A DNA stretch of 64,000 nucleotides, from assembly GCA_963719035.1 (NCBI GenBank), contig CAVRAO010000002.1, forward strand, positions 160,001-224,000, in the 5' to 3' direction. The stretch is from Methanobacteriota archaeon. GTDB lineage: Archaea > Halobacteriota > Bog-38 > Methanoflorentales > Methanoflorentaceae. A program made the position numbers and the translations under genes. This document shows positions 9,487-21,600 of this stretch, in pieces (within the stretch, counting starts at the first letter, position 1; the number at the start of each line of letters is the position of its first letter). The notes beneath the pieces were generated by a model. That model was not told the origin of the DNA. It ran no database searches and worked only from the letters and a program-made list of their open reading frames with translations.

Positions 9487-10743
9487 TTATCTGCTTGGGA
9501 ATACAGCGTACCCTTGATTACGCCTCCTGATGAGCGGTTCTGCGAGATGCCGTCTCGCTGATGGCGTGACTTCATATGCCCCGAGCATAACACCCCTTCT
9601 TTCGGACGTTTGGCTTGTGTGTCGCGCTCTCTTAACAGTTTTGCACTTGTCGCATCTAAATCCCTGTTCACGCCCGAGCGACTTCATGCTCTTATTACAA
9701 CAAATAGGATTTGCTTTTTTGTATTGATCGCTCAGGTTTACAATTTGTAGCTTCTCCAAGTGAAGGCAGTTATTCACGTAGCTTCCTTGCACGATCACGG
9801 CATCATCAAAGCGTAATTTGCGAACTGTTGCCCTGAATTGTTTAGTCGGCTCGAACGCAGCGCACAACAATGTACCACTATTATCTTTTACTTCGAAGAA
9901 CGTATGGCCGCCAGTTATTGTATGTGGTTCGCTTATGACTGTTGCAGTCACGATGTACGAGCAGCCTTGTTGCAAGTCTCGAATTTGAGCGTTTCGAACG
10001 TGCGCATCTGTTCCTTGATTAGTCTTGTAAAGCGTTAGATGCTCAAATGGTTCTGAAATAATTTTGCTATGCGCTTTTAGCATTTGAAAAGGATCCTCTC
10101 CCCTAATCCCATATAATATCGGATCGGAAGAGTGAGGAGCGAAGATTATCTCTTTATTTTTTCGATCAACAGTATCCCACGTGTACGGGTAAGTGGACAA
10201 ATCCGCGCGCCTTACCGAGCCTGCGTTTATGTATCGTTTTTTTGCAAAGTTGGCCTCAAAACGATACGCGATAAGCTCAAAAGTCGATTCCTCACCAAGT
10301 GTTGCACCTATTGCCGCAAGTGCCCCGATCAAACCTCGTCCGTTCTTAAATGATAAAAAATCTAACCCATGTTTCTCGATAAGTTCGGTTGCCTCACTTA
10401 TACATAGTTCGGCGTGCATGGCATCGTTCGCGAAGGACTGTATATCTGATGGAACTGTTTCATTGTCAAAAAATACAGCTCCTGGATGCGTGCCCTCGTC
10501 CTCGAGATGCGCCATTCGTTCAATGTGCTTGCGCACGATATCCAAGACGTCATACGACTGTTCAATTGAGATACATATAGAAGCATTTCCCCTCGTCTTG
10601 AATCGTATTGTCGGATTAAGTCGTATCAAGCGAAGCTCTATGTTTTCGTCCAATTCTTGCTGAAGTGCTTTTTTTAAGATAGTCCCCAAATAAGTCGTAC
10701 ACATTCCGCGCGGTGAATCGGTATCATCAATGCCAATAAGCAT
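9487..10743 (-). CDS. tiaS: tRNA(Ile2) 2-agmatinylcytidine synthetase
   Basis: IGIDDTDS..GMCTT, RLNP..FKTRGN, TNQGTD, AFEPT, Zn ribbon, RRHL.EP. Confidence 0.96.
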   Translation of the reverse strand: MLIGIDDTDSPRGMCTTYLGTILKKALQQELDENIELRLIRLNPTIRFKTRGNASICISIEQSYDVLDIVRKHIERMAHLEDEGTHPGAVFFDNETVPSDIQSFANDAMHAELCISEATELIEKHGLDFLSFKNGRGLIGALAAIGATLGEESTFELIAYRFEANFAKKRYINAGSVRRADLSTYPYTWDTVDRKNKEIIFAPHSSDPILYGIRGEDPFQMLKAHSKIISEPFEHLTLYKTNQGTDAHVRNAQIRDLQQGCSYIVTATVISEPHTITGGHTFFEVKDNSGTLLCAAFEPTKQFRATVRKLRFDDAVIVQGSYVNNCLHLEKLQIVNLSDQYKKANPICCNKSMKSLGREQGFRCDKCKTVKRARHTSQTSERRGVMLGAYEVTPSARRHLAEPLIRRRNQGYAVFPSR

Positions 10744-10860
10744 GCTAGTGAGGGCGCCTCATTTTTTTATCGATAGAAGTATATAAATAGCTTTTTGAAC
10801 ATATAATGCGAGGTAGAATAGCCTGCGCGCTCAAATGGCTTAAAAAGGAGAGCGACAGTA

Positions 10861-11802
10861 ATGCGCCAAGACCTGTTGGTGGATCAAACCACAGAAGTGT
10901 TACATACGGCTGGATTCGTCACATCGAAGAGATGTGATGTTCGATCCAGGTGTTTCGATATCACCGCCAGAAGGGGCTCAATTCTGCTTTTCCTAAAAAT
11001 GCTTTCAAATATCGATGGGTTAAGCGAAGACACCGCTCTAGAACTCAAGAAGCTAGCCGAGTACTTCTTTGCATCACCGTTGTTAATTGGCGAAAAAGCT
11101 CGAAATCACGAACTCCAGGCAGGCGCCGTCTATGCGCGGTATGGAATTCCTGCAGTTAACGTCGATACGCTTTCAGATTTTTTTGTCGATGAGCTGCCGC
11201 CACTCATCTATGCTGCTCCCGGAGGGCTTTACGTTAAACTAGATGGACGGGCGCTCAACGCTGCTCGCACTGACATGAATCTCTCTTTGGGTGCAATAGC
11301 CTCGCAACTAGGGGTTTCAAGAAGAAGCATTCGCAAATACGAAGAGGGAATGGATGCTAAGGTTGAAATAGCTGTTAGACTTGAGGCAGTTCTCGACGCG
11401 CCGTTTGCTGTGCCGATAAGTCTTCTTACTCGACATGTTTTTAATCCGGAATCAGCAAAACCTGAAACGTTGCCACCCATCGAACGAAAGGCCATATCAC
11501 TGCTTGTTGACTTAGGCTTTACTGTGTTGCCCATGTTTCAAGCCCCATTTGATATGTTGTCACAAACTAAAGAGGACACCCTCCTCACCGGAATCAGCAA
11601 AAATGCGAGCTTAATGGCAAAAAGGGCTGAACTGATGAGCAGCATATCGCGGGTCGTTTCAGCTCATTCATTGTACATAACCGACGAAGAGCCCAAGTCT
11701 CTCCGAATTTTTGACACCGTTATCGTGCGCATGCAAGAGCTAAAAGACTTGGATAGCTCGACCGAGCTGGTACACCTCGTGCGAGAAAGATCTGAAGAGT
11801 AG
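10861..11802 (+). CDS. Conserved archaeal Cro/C1-HTH transcriptional regulator
   Basis: [38 protein letters not shown]; usual position before the thermosome gene. Confidence 0.9.
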   Translation: MRQDLLVDQTTEVLHTAGFVTSKRCDVRSRCFDITARRGSILLFLKMLSNIDGLSEDTALELKKLAEYFFASPLLIGEKARNHELQAGAVYARYGIPAVNVDTLSDFFVDELPPLIYAAPGGLYVKLDGRALNAARTDMNLSLGAIASQLGVSRRSIRKYEEGMDAKVEIAVRLEAVLDAPFAVPISLLTRHVFNPESAKPETLPPIERKAISLLVDLGFTVLPMFQAPFDMLSQTKEDTLLTGISKNASLMAKRAELMSSISRVVSAHSLYITDEEPKSLRIFDTVIVRMQELKDLDSSTELVHLVRERSEE

Positions 11803-11914
11803 TCGCGCTTCAGGTTGGCCCTTATTTTCGACACAACGCTTTTATAGAACTTTATGCATAGTTAAGTCCGAACCTGTACACGTTGAAACTAATTACAGTA
11901 TTTGGAGGGAAAAA

Positions 11915-13606
11915 ATGGCAGGACAACTGGGTGGACAAATTGGACAACTGGGTGGACAACCCATACTTATTCTGAAGGAAGGCAGTCAGAGGACTAGAGG
12001 AAAAGAAGCCCAAGGCATGAATATTACCGCAGCTAAGGCGGTTGCTTCTGCAGTAAGAACAACGCTAGGTCCCAAAGGAATGGACAAGATGTTGGTTGAT
12101 ACGCTGGGCGACGTTGTCATTACGAACGACGGGGTTACGATTCTGAAGGAGATGGACATCGAACACCCTGCAGCAAAGATGATAGTCGAGGTAGCTCGTA
12201 CCCAAGACGATGAGGTTGGAGATGGGACTACAACGGCCGTAATCCTTACTGGCGAACTGCTCCGAAAAGCCGAAAACCTTTTGGAACAAGATGTGCACCC
12301 AACCGTCATAGCATCTGGATTCAGACTTGCAGCAGTAAAAGCGCGCGAGATCCTTGACGATGTGGCAATCTCTGTCTCACCTGAAGATGAGGGGCTTTTG
12401 ACAAAAGTCGCAATTACGGCGATGACCGGCAAGGGCGCTGAAGCATCTAAGGAAAAGCTCGCAAGCTTGTGCGTAAAAGCGGTCAAAGCTGTCGTCGAAA
12501 TTGAAAATGGGAAGAACACTTTTGACATCGACAACATCAAGATTGAAAAGAAAGTCGGCGGCAGCATCGACTCATCCGAACTCGTTGAAGGTATGATCAT
12601 AGATAAGGAACGTGTCTCCACTGGAATGCCAAAACGCGTGACAAAAGCAAAGATTGCTTTGATAAATGGTGCGATCGAGCTGAAGGACACCGAGGTTGAC
12701 GCTGAAATATCCATTACGTCGCCTGACCAGCTGCAGGCATTCCTCAGTCAAGAGGAAGAGATGATTAAGGGCATGGTTGACAAGATCAAGAGCAAGGGTG
12801 CTAACGTCGTATTCTGTCAAAAGGGGATTGACGACTTAGCTCAACACTACCTTTCAAAAGCTGGGATCCTCGCAGCAAGGCGCGTTAAGAAGAGCGATAT
12901 GGAGAAACTCGCTAGAGCTACGGATGCAAAAGTCGCCTCGAGCGTAGACGAACTTGAAAAAGACGACCTCGGTCGCGCAGGACTTGTTGAAGAGCGCAAA
13001 GTCGGCGGCGATGAAATGATTTTTGTTGAGAAGTGCGAAAATCCGAAAGCAGTGTCGATCATGCTTCACGGTGGTACCGAACACGTCGTTGATGACATAG
13101 AGAGAGCAGTCACAGATGCGTTGCGAGTAGTCGGTGTCACGATCGAGGACGAAAAGCTTGTAGCCGGCGGCGGTGCAACGGAAGTCGAACTTGCGCTAAA
13201 ACTTCGAGACTATGCGTCTACAGTTGGTGGCCGCGAGCAACTCGCCATTAACGCGTTTGCAGATGCGTTAGAAGTCATTCCAAAGACACTTGCAGAAAAC
13301 GCCGGTCTTGATACAATAGACACGCTCGTTGAGCTAAGATCAAAACACGAGCAAGGCAAAAAGACTGCCGGATTGAACGTTTTCACCGGCGAAGCGATAG
13401 ATATGGTCAAGGCAGGAGTTGTTGAGCCACTTCGGATAAAGACACAAGCAGTCGGTTCAGCGTCAGAATCCGCGATAATGATTCTGCGAATTGATGACGT
13501 TATAGCAGCGAGCAAGCTTTCAGCACCACCAATGCCTGAAGGTGGCATGGGTGGCATGGGCGGAATGGGCGGAATGGGTGGTATGGGCGGCATGCCGCCA
13601 ATGTAA
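11915..13606 (+). CDS. ths: Thermosome (group II chaperonin) subunit
   Basis: [18 protein letters not shown]-repeat tail. Confidence 0.98.
   Translation: MAGQLGGQIGQLGGQPILILKEGSQRTRGKEAQGMNITAAKAVASAVRTTLGPKGMDKMLVDTLGDVVITNDGVTILKEMDIEHPAAKMIVEVARTQDDEVGDGTTTAVILTGELLRKAENLLEQDVHPTVIASGFRLAAVKAREILDDVAISVSPEDEGLLTKVAITAMTGKGAEASKEKLASLCVKAVKAVVEIENGKNTFDIDNIKIEKKVGGSIDSSELVEGMIIDKERVSTGMPKRVTKAKIALINGAIELKDTEVDAEISITSPDQLQAFLSQEEEMIKGMVDKIKSKGANVVFCQKGIDDLAQHYLSKAGILAARRVKKSDMEKLARATDAKVASSVDELEKDDLGRAGLVEERKVGGDEMIFVEKCENPKAVSIMLHGGTEHVVDDIERAVTDALRVVGVTIEDEKLVAGGGATEVELALKLRDYASTVGGREQLAINAFADALEVIPKTLAENAGLDTIDTLVELRSKHEQGKKTAGLNVFTGEAIDMVKAGVVEPLRIKTQAVGSASESAIMILRIDDVIAASKLSAPPMPEGGMGGMGGMGGMGGMGGMPPM
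11921..11959 (+). repeat. In-frame direct repeat GGACAACTGGGTGGACAA x2 (GQLGGQ)
   Basis: Copies at 11921 and 11942. Confidence 0.8.
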
Positions 13607-13634
13607 AAGCGGTACTCCCGCTTTTCTTTTTTTT
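13605..13634 (+). terminator. Hairpin plus T-tract after thermosome
   Basis: AAAAGCGG-tactc-CCGCTTTT followed by CTTTTTTT. Confidence 0.7.
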
Positions 13635-13717
13635 ACAACAGCCCGGAGTTAACCAAGCTTGACGTGCTACGTAGCTTTAAATAGTTGAGAAGATAGAGAA
13701 AAATATAGGAGTTTGAA

Positions 13718-14041
13718 ATGATCGCAGTTACAGAAATTGCAGCAAAAGAGTTAAAAGACCTACTAGTAAAAGAAGGCAAGTCCGAGTATGGTTTGAGGAT
13801 ATCATACGGCGGAATGGGCTGCGGAGGACCGCAGTATACAATGTCTCTTGACGAAAACCCCACGACAGGAGAAGATGTACAAGAGTCAAACGGGGTTAAA
13901 ATGTACGTTGAAAAGAATGTAGAAGACGCACTAGATGGCGCAGAAATCGATTTTGTGGACGACCCAGTATTCGGTAAGGGATTTACTATTAAACATCCGA
14001 GCCTTACAGGATGCGGCTCGTGCGGCGGCGGTTGTGGCTAG
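13718..14041 (+). CDS. HesB/IscA-type Fe-S carrier protein
   Basis: GCGGPQY.MSLD, GAEIDF, C-terminal GCGSCGGGC. Confidence 0.93.
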   Translation: MIAVTEIAAKELKDLLVKEGKSEYGLRISYGGMGCGGPQYTMSLDENPTTGEDVQESNGVKMYVEKNVEDALDGAEIDFVDDPVFGKGFTIKHPSLTGCGSCGGGCG

Positions 14042-14215
14042 TTAAACTCCCCCATCCCTCTTTTTCCTTTTTACTTTTTTTCTTATCATTCAACCCGCGC
14101 AGGCGGCAAGCTATTTTTACAGTTCTTTTTGAGCCTTGATCTATTCAGCGTAAAACATCGCTACCACTCAGCGATAGAAAAACTAAAGTTGGCGAACGAC
14201 TAACTGAATAGCTAT

Positions 14216-15211
14216 ATGATAGGCATGATCCTCTGCGGCGGGTATGGTAAACGACTTAAACCTTATACCGAAGATATTCCGAAGCCACTCATAGACATCA
14301 CGGACGATTACACAATTCTAGACCGACAGCTCTATGACATGGCTAACAGTGATATCGAGAGCGTCATACTGCTCACCGGTTACTTAAGTGAGAAGATCGA
14401 GGAGCGCTATGGCGATCGATATCGTGGCATGAGGATTCAGTACTCCGTAGAAGACAAACCGTTAGGTACGCTTAATGCAATAAAACTCGGAATAAATTTG
14501 ATAGACGACAAGGAGACCGTGTTGATCCGTAACGGAGACGTTGTTTCCGACATCAATCTTAAGAAGATGATAAAAAAGTACGAGGCCAGCGATTTCAAAG
14601 CTATGATGTTTGTAACGAAAATGCGCAGCCCCTACGGGATTGTTGAGCTGGGCGAAGATCATATACGTTCTTTTAAGGAAAAGCCGCTTCTGGAGTATTA
14701 CATTAATGGAGGAATTTACCTCCTCGACTCAGATGTCCCGTTCAGCGATTTTGAAACGGGGGAAATCGAGAAAACCGTGTTTCCTGTCCTAGCTGATACT
14801 AACCAACTCGGATACTACAAGGAAAATACGTTTTGGATGTCAATCGATACAACGAAAGATCTTGAAGAGATTAAAAAAGAATACGCGAACAGGACTGACA
14901 AACCGTGGGGGTATGAAAAGGTACTCATCAGCACAGAGAATTATCTCACTACAGAGATATATATAAAGGAAGGTTACACGACTTCGTATCATTATCACAA
15001 AGAAAAGGACGAATCACTTTTCATGCTTGAAGGCTCGTGCTACGTGCAATTTGAACATAAAAAAGAAGCCTTCGGAAGAAATGATACTATTCATATCCCA
15101 AGTGGAACTATACACAAAATTGTGGCGACGGAAAATTCTCTGATGCACAGTATTTCTACACCATTTGTTGACGACATCGTACGAGTAGAAGACTATTATC
15201 CTGGACGGTAG
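14216..15211 (+). CDS. Sugar-phosphate nucleotidyltransferase with C-terminal cupin
   Basis: GGYGKRL.P.T..PKPL, PLGT, INGGIY; KPWGYE...SYHYH..KDE cupin. Confidence 0.9.
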   Translation: MIGMILCGGYGKRLKPYTEDIPKPLIDITDDYTILDRQLYDMANSDIESVILLTGYLSEKIEERYGDRYRGMRIQYSVEDKPLGTLNAIKLGINLIDDKETVLIRNGDVVSDINLKKMIKKYEASDFKAMMFVTKMRSPYGIVELGEDHIRSFKEKPLLEYYINGGIYLLDSDVPFSDFETGEIEKTVFPVLADTNQLGYYKENTFWMSIDTTKDLEEIKKEYANRTDKPWGYEKVLISTENYLTTEIYIKEGYTTSYHYHKEKDESLFMLEGSCYVQFEHKKEAFGRNDTIHIPSGTIHKIVATENSLMHSISTPFVDDIVRVEDYYPGR

Positions 15212-15344
15212 TCAACAAAGCGTTACCTATGCGTGCTTGTCTGATTTAAACAGAAGGGATGTTTGGACCCCTCCCTAGAATTGAATTGCCTAAAAATAAG
15301 CAGCATGCACTTATTAGTTCTATAAAATTTCTCTACAACTTTTT

Positions 15345-16093
15345 ATGAAGGTTGGATTTAGTGCACTTGCGTTGTTTGACGTTTCTTTTGACAAGATCGT
15401 GCAAAGGGCTTCCATAGACGGGTTTGATGTTGTCGAAGTGCTTTGCGAGGGGCCGTACCTTCCACGTTTCGCTTTAAAAGATATCGCCCAGTTTGAGATT
15501 TTGTCCCAATATGACATTGAGCTGACCATTCTTCTCCTACTGTTGATCTCAATCCTGCTAGCGTAAACGTTGGAATCCGTGAAGAGACTATGAAACAACT
15601 CAATGAGACAGTAGATCTTGCAGCTTCAATAGACGCTTCAACTGTAACTACACACCCGGGTTATGTCAAGAGAATAAATGAAAGACTCACGAAGCAATCA
15701 CTTGAATTAGCGCTGAAAAGCCTGGAAAACTGGGCACAATACGCCGAAGATGTTGGTGTAGAACCCTCTATTGAGAACATGCCATGTAACTCGAAATACT
15801 TCTGCACTGATGTGGCCCAACACAAGTTGTTCGTCGAAACTTGCGGGACCTCAGCAACGATCGACGTCGGGCACGCACATACAAACGATGCCATAAGGGA
15901 GTTTTTGCAAGCGGATTTTCACGTAGCGTACTTCCATGTGAGCGATAATGATGGCCGGCGAGACCAACATCTTCCTATCGGTAAGGGAACGATCGATTGG
16001 GATCAGCTTCGTGGGATAACTAAAGCGATACTTGAATTAAACGATTATGAAGCGGTGAAGGAAAGTCGTGATGCGCTGACCGGTGTAAGCTAA
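15345..16093 (+). pseudogene. Sugar phosphate isomerase/epimerase (AP endonuclease 2 TIM barrel), split by a 1-nt deletion near 15531
   Basis: Adding A after C15531 restores LTIHSPTVDLNPAS; also TTHPG, IENMP, DVGHA, HVSDN.G.DQH. Confidence 0.8.
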
Positions 16094-16168
16094 AGCGTTG
16101 AATTCAGCAACGCTCATCAGAAAAAACACGGAAAATACGTCTTTTCGATTTAAGGAGTATACAATTAC

Positions 16169-16708
16169 TTAACGCAGCATAGAATCACGACAATTAAGAT
16201 GATGTCGTGTTATTTCAAGCACGTTGCGCCAGTGTTGCCCCTTCCAAAATACCTTTTTGCAACTGTTGCATTTATAATAATCACCGTGCTTTTTAATGAA
16301 TTTCTCAATGTCGACACCCTTTGCACGAAGCTTCGCAATCTCCTGCGATTGTAGGACCTCTGAAATCGAGGCTGAATTAAGCATGCCATTGCAGATACTG
16401 CATCGAACAGCTTCTGGTTGTTCAGGGAATACCAAACTAAATTCATCTCGCACCTGGTTCAATTGATGGAGCACATTGCCATCGTCAACAAGGAGTGTCG
16501 GTATGCTATACTTCTCCATTGCTCGCATATGGAGCTGTGCATCCCTGGTCAGCAATGTTCGCCGTTCAAGCCCGGAAATCTCGAGCATATAGGTGTCCTC
16601 TGCTGCATTCGACAAACCGAAAAATGAATTCGCACTCAGAGTATCGTACCCTAAAATTCTGAGCCAGGAAGAAAGCCTACCTAGCATTCGATCAGCTAAA
16701 AACTTCAT
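16169..16708 (-). CDS. Mut7-C RNase (PIN plus Zn ribbon)
   Basis: FLADRMLGRL..WLR.LGYD, LLTRD, RC..CNG, C..C.KVFW.G.HW. Confidence 0.92.
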   Translation of the reverse strand: MKFLADRMLGRLSSWLRILGYDTLSANSFFGLSNAAEDTYMLEISGLERRTLLTRDAQLHMRAMEKYSIPTLLVDDGNVLHQLNQVRDEFSLVFPEQPEAVRCSICNGMLNSASISEVLQSQEIAKLRAKGVDIEKFIKKHGDYYKCNSCKKVFWKGQHWRNVLEITRHHLNCRDSMLR

Positions 16709-16727
16709 AGATGTCCATTATCTTGAA

Positions 16728-17510
16728 CTATTTACCATCAATTGAGTTTTTAGACAGATATGCCTCCCACAGCGCTCGTTTTCGCTTGAAAGTTGAATAG
16801 CTCACACCAAGTTCTTCCGCAAAATCCTTTGAGGTCTTTCTGGTAGCCTTGGGCGTCGAAAGCCACTTCAAGAACTTGTCGCGATCGAAGTTGATCTTTA
16901 CATCATGCTCTGTTAAAAGTCGAAGCAAAACCCGCGCACCTTGAATCTTCCTTTTGTCTATGCCAACACGTTTTCCGATTTCAGCATCACTTGGGTAGCC
17001 TTCATAAAAAAAATCGGGGTTGCCGGATGTCATTATACTTTGATACTCACGTCCGATCTGAAGCAGCTGCTTTGGCGTAACCTTGATATGACTGCTCTCA
17101 AGGAGGGGGGCCATCTTATCTAACTGATTATCAACCTCGGGTTGGTAATCAGACTCGTATCGCCGTGACCTTCGAGAGATCGAATCCAGTTTATTTTCAG
17201 GGATAGTTATTGGAGGAAATCTATTTAAAAAACGGTTTTTTGAGGGTTCTACCACCAATCCTTCTTTTGCTAGTTGTTGAAGTATGCCTATAACACTCTC
17301 GGGGTAGATACCGAGAGATTCGCTATAGCTCACAATATCATCAATGGGAACTCCTTTCAATCTGCTAGAAGGACTTAGCGAGTTAATAACATGCATAATA
17401 GTCTTTCGAGCTTGAAGTAACTCTGAACCTTGTATCAGATTTGCTGTATTGCTCAACTGAAAAAACCCCGTATCGGCTCTTAAAACATTCTGAGCCCCTC
17501 TTACCAACAA
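16728..17510 (-). CDS. Hypothetical multi-HTH protein
   Basis: wHTH-like GVPIDDI...EGLVVEP; HTH-like SDAEIGKRVGI and FAEELGVSYSTFKR; start uncertain. Confidence 0.6.
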   Translation of the reverse strand: MLVRGAQNVLRADTGFFQLSNTANLIQGSELLQARKTIMHVINSLSPSSRLKGVPIDDIVSYSESLGIYPESVIGILQQLAKEGLVVEPSKNRFLNRFPPITIPENKLDSISRRSRRYESDYQPEVDNQLDKMAPLLESSHIKVTPKQLLQIGREYQSIMTSGNPDFFYEGYPSDAEIGKRVGIDKRKIQGARVLLRLLTEHDVKINFDRDKFLKWLSTPKATRKTSKDFAEELGVSYSTFKRKRALWEAYLSKNSIDGK

Positions 17511-17926
17511 ATAGTAAGGCGTCGCAGCATTTATATTTTTTTAGACGCTAGTAATCTCAAGCGACTAGAGTGTTTAAAACAGATATCAGAGCTGTAAAGC
17601 TCTGAGCGCACTGCTACTTCGATAATCACTGGATCTACCCCTAGCCACACAAACGAGACCGTGACGCCACGCAGCGACTGGAGTCATGAGAGCAGCGCAA
17701 AACCGCAAAATTTACAGAGAGAGGCGTGTGAGTAATTACAGGTCTAAAGTGTAATAAATAGATACAACAGAAGACGAAACAAGCCTACAAACGGGAAATA
17801 GCACTTTTTAAGTGCTCCAGCTATGTGGTACGCATCACTAGCATACAATTTATATAAACAGTGTAACCTTTACGCTGATTAGCAATCATTATAATTCTTG
17901 CTTATTGCGCCAAACAGGGATATTTG

Positions 17927-18388
17927 ATGGAAGACGAACTGATGAGAATAGGGGTTTCAATACCTTCACGACTCCTTTCTGCATTTGATCAAGTCATTAA
18001 CAAGAGGGGCTACTCTTCACGATCAGAGGCAATTAGAGATGCAATTAGGGGTTATCTGCTAGATTATGAGTCGTTGGGTCAAACAGAAGGAGAACAGATT
18101 GGCGTAATTACACTAGTTTATAATCATGAGCAGCGAGGCCTTATTTCGCTTTTAACTGACATCCAACACGAAAATGCTAGCATCATTACATCGACCATTC
18201 ATATCCATTTAGATGCAATTAATTGTCTCGAGATCGATGTAGTTCGCGGGAGCGCGGCAGAAATTAGCGGGTTTGCTGAACGAATGAAGGTTCAAAGCGG
18301 AGTTTTTCAAGTGCGGACGTTTGTTATTCCCGCGCTCAGCCTTGAAAGTTCAGACCAATGTAAGAACAACAGTGTTAATGTTGGTTAA
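17927..18388 (+). CDS. nikR: Nickel-responsive regulator
   Basis: RIGVS...FD....RGY.SRSEAIRDAIR, YNH, QH, HIHLD..CLE. Confidence 0.93.
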   Translation: MEDELMRIGVSIPSRLLSAFDQVINKRGYSSRSEAIRDAIRGYLLDYESLGQTEGEQIGVITLVYNHEQRGLISLLTDIQHENASIITSTIHIHLDAINCLEIDVVRGSAAEISGFAERMKVQSGVFQVRTFVIPALSLESSDQCKNNSVNVG

Positions 18389-18612
18389 CCAAAGACGCCC
18401 CCGATTCACGAGTTAGCCAACATAGAACGTTAAAAAGCGGATCGAAAGCCATTTAGACTTCTTAGGATGGACGAAAATACTCGACTTATTGGTGGACCAA
18501 GGATAAATTACCGTCTGAGAGATATTCACCTCGCCCGTCAAAACTGACCTTTAGAAATGGGAGCAAACCGCAGATTAAGGCCGCGTCAAAACTAAACCCA
18601 AGTGAAGCAACA

Positions 18613-21600
18613 ATGTCATATTCTCAGCAAGATTCCAACTTCGTCGCCATGGAAAAAAACATCCTTAAAGACTGGGATGATAACAACATCATAGCAAAGA
18701 GTTTAAGCGCAAACAAGGGAGCAGAACTGTTTAGATTTATTGAAGGGCCGCCAACCGCGAACGGATCTCCTGGCGTTCACCACGTTTACGCTCGAGTCGT
18801 AAAAGATCTCTTTCTTCGTTATAAAACGATGCGAGGCTATTATGTCCCCCGTATTAGCGGTTGGGATTGCCACGGACTTCCAGTTGAGATTTCTGTCGAG
18901 AAGGAACTTGAGTTTCAGAATAAAGCAAGCATAGAGACCTATGGGGTTGAACAGTTCAACAACGTCTGCCGAAGCTCTGTATTTAGCCACATCGATGAGT
19001 GGGCAGAAATGACCAAGCGAGTGGGTTTCTTGATTGATCTGACCACGCCGTATACTACGATGGACCCACACTATATCGAATCAGTTTGGTGGTCCCTTAA
19101 ACGCCTGTGGGAGCGAGATCTTATCTATGAGGGTCATAATGTCGTTCCGTTTTGTCCCCGTTGCGGGACTGCATTAAGCAGTCACGAAGTAGCCCAAGGT
19201 TACGCTATCGTAAACGAGGAGGCCGCTTTTGTGAAGTTTCCTCTTTCCGACCAAAGCAAAACCTTTTTTTTAGCCTGGACAACAACCCCTTGGACCCTCC
19301 TTTCGAATGTAGCACTTGCAGTTAATCCCGACATTCCTTATGTCAAGGTAAAAGTCAGGGACCAGTTTCTCGTTTTTGCTAAAGATTTACTGGACACAGT
19401 ATTACGTGACGAGCAACATTTTGAGGTGGCAACGGAGTGTCTTGGAAGAGAACTCAACGGAAAACGATATCAGTCCTTGTTTACTGATGGCGAGTTTAGC
19501 GTTGTGATTGCAGATTTCGTCAGTACCAGTGAGGGCACTGGCATCGTACATATCGCTCCGGCGTTCGGTGAGGATGACTTCAACGTAGCAAAGGTTGAAG
19601 GCCTCCCCCTCGTCCAACTCGTTAAACCCGATGGACGGTTTGAGGATCATGTCGATTTGGTAGGTGGACTCTTCTTCATTGAAGCTAACGCCGTTATTAG
19701 GGAAGATCTTGCAGCCCGAGGCTTGCTATTTAAAAGCGAGATGTACGAACACAGCTATCCGTTCTGTTGGCGTTGCGAGACTCCACTTATGTACTACGCT
19801 CGGAAGGCGTGGTTTATCCGGATGAGTTCCTTGCGTGATGTGCTGATCCGAAATAACGAACTGGTTCAATGGCATCCAAAAGCGCTGAAACACGGACGCT
19901 TCGGCAACTTTATCGAAAATGTACGTGACTGGGCGCTGAGTCGAGAGCGCTATTGGGGAACGCCGTTACCCATTTGGAAATGTCCCAACGGCCACCTTTT
20001 GTTTGTCGGAAGCATTAATGAGCTAAATCAGCGAATGGATTCTGAAGCCTTTCTTAGTGATGTCCATAAACCATATATTGACCGCGTTGTTTTTCGTTGC
20101 GACGAATGCGGAAAGGAAATGCACCGTATCCCTGACGTGATTGACTGCTGGTATGACTCGGGTTGCGCACCCTTCGCATCGCTTCACTATCCTTTTGAGC
20201 ACAGCGACGAGTGCAAGGTACCGGTGGACTTTATAGCAGAAGGCGTCGATCAGACGCGCGGTTGGTTCTACAGCTTGCACGCAATAGCGAGTGCAGTATT
20301 CGGGTCAAATGCTTATAACAACGTAATAAGCCTCGGTCACATCGTAGACGAACATGGTCGCAAAATGTCAAAAAGCAAAGGTAACACTGTTGATCCGTGG
20401 CAAATTCTGAATAGCGAGGGAGCCGACAGCCTGCGTTGGTATCTTTTCAGCGCCGGGAATCCGGGGACTGCAAAGAAATTCTATAAAGAAGCAATCGTCG
20501 AGTCTCAGCGTAAGACGATCTCTACGCTTTGGAATGTACTCTCCTTTTTCACGACGTATGCTGAGATAGACAAGTTCGATGCGGGGTGGAACCTCGCTGA
20601 TGAACAGAGAAACCTTATCGACCGGTGGCTGCTTTCACGTTTAAACGGCTTGATTTCGAACGTAGTCGTGCACATGGATAGGTACGACTACTACGGGGCT
20701 ACTATCGAGATCGACTTATTTATCGAAGAGCTGAGCAACTGGTTTGTCAGGACGTCTAGGAGACGTTTCTGGAAGAATGAACGGGATGCGGACAAAGTCT
20801 CTGCTTATATCTCGCTTTTCGAGACTTTGTGGACTTTAAGCAAATTAATTGCTCCCTTTACGCCATTTATTTCAGAGCATATGTTCAAAACCCTTTCGCG
20901 CTTTGCTCAAGGAGCCAAAGATAGCGTTCACTTAGAGTCATACCCCAACGTTACAGTCAATCGAGTGATTCCTGAAGCAGAACAAGAGATGGCTTATACC
21001 ATGCAAATCGTCGAAGCAGGAAGAGCTGCTCGATCGTCCGCAAACATCAAAACACGACAGCCGCTCAAAGAAATGATCTGCATTGGACCTGAACTCAAGC
21101 GCAATGAGCTTAAAGCAATCGTGAAGAATGAGCTCAATCTAAAGGCTATCAATTTTAAAAAAGACGAAAAGGATCTCATTGAGTACGATGTTGGACTGAA
21201 TTTCGCAAAAGTCGGACCGAAATATAAAGATTTGGCCCCCAAAATCAAACAAGCTCTCAGCAACTTAGCGCCGGATGAGGTCTTAGAAAAACTGGATGAT
21301 AGCATCGAATTAGAGGTTGCCAAAAAAACAATTATTTTGTCAAAGGAAGATGTAACAATCTCGAAAAAAACAAAACCAGGCCTAATAAAAAGTGAGAACC
21401 GAGGCCTTAGCGTCTTTTTAAACACAGAATTGACAGTCGAACTTCGCCGAGAATTGCTCGTTCGAGAGATAATCAGGAGAATACAGGTCATGCGCAAAGA
21501 GCTGGATTTAGCGTATACCGCTCGAATTAAGGTCGGTTACCGTTGCTCGAGTGAAGTCTCACAGGCCATTCAAACTTTTAAATCGTATGTCAAAGATGAG

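Noticed and set aside
11986-12714. Long antisense ORFs opposite the thermosome and other core genes
   Set aside because: Shadow ORFs caused by codon bias of the real genes.
13540-13595. GGCATGGGT/GGAATGGGC tandem repeats
   Set aside because: Ordinary GGM tail of chaperonins.
13718-14041. Sec/Pyl recoding in the HesB gene or genome-wide TAG read-through
   Set aside because: Cys codons are standard, and TAG ends many full-length genes (ileS, ychF, rpoP) at the expected positions.
17686-17754. Arg-rich 22-aa ORF MRAAQNRKIYRERRVSNYRSKV resembling eL41
   Set aside because: Lacks the KW and KKR.RRL core; probably chance.
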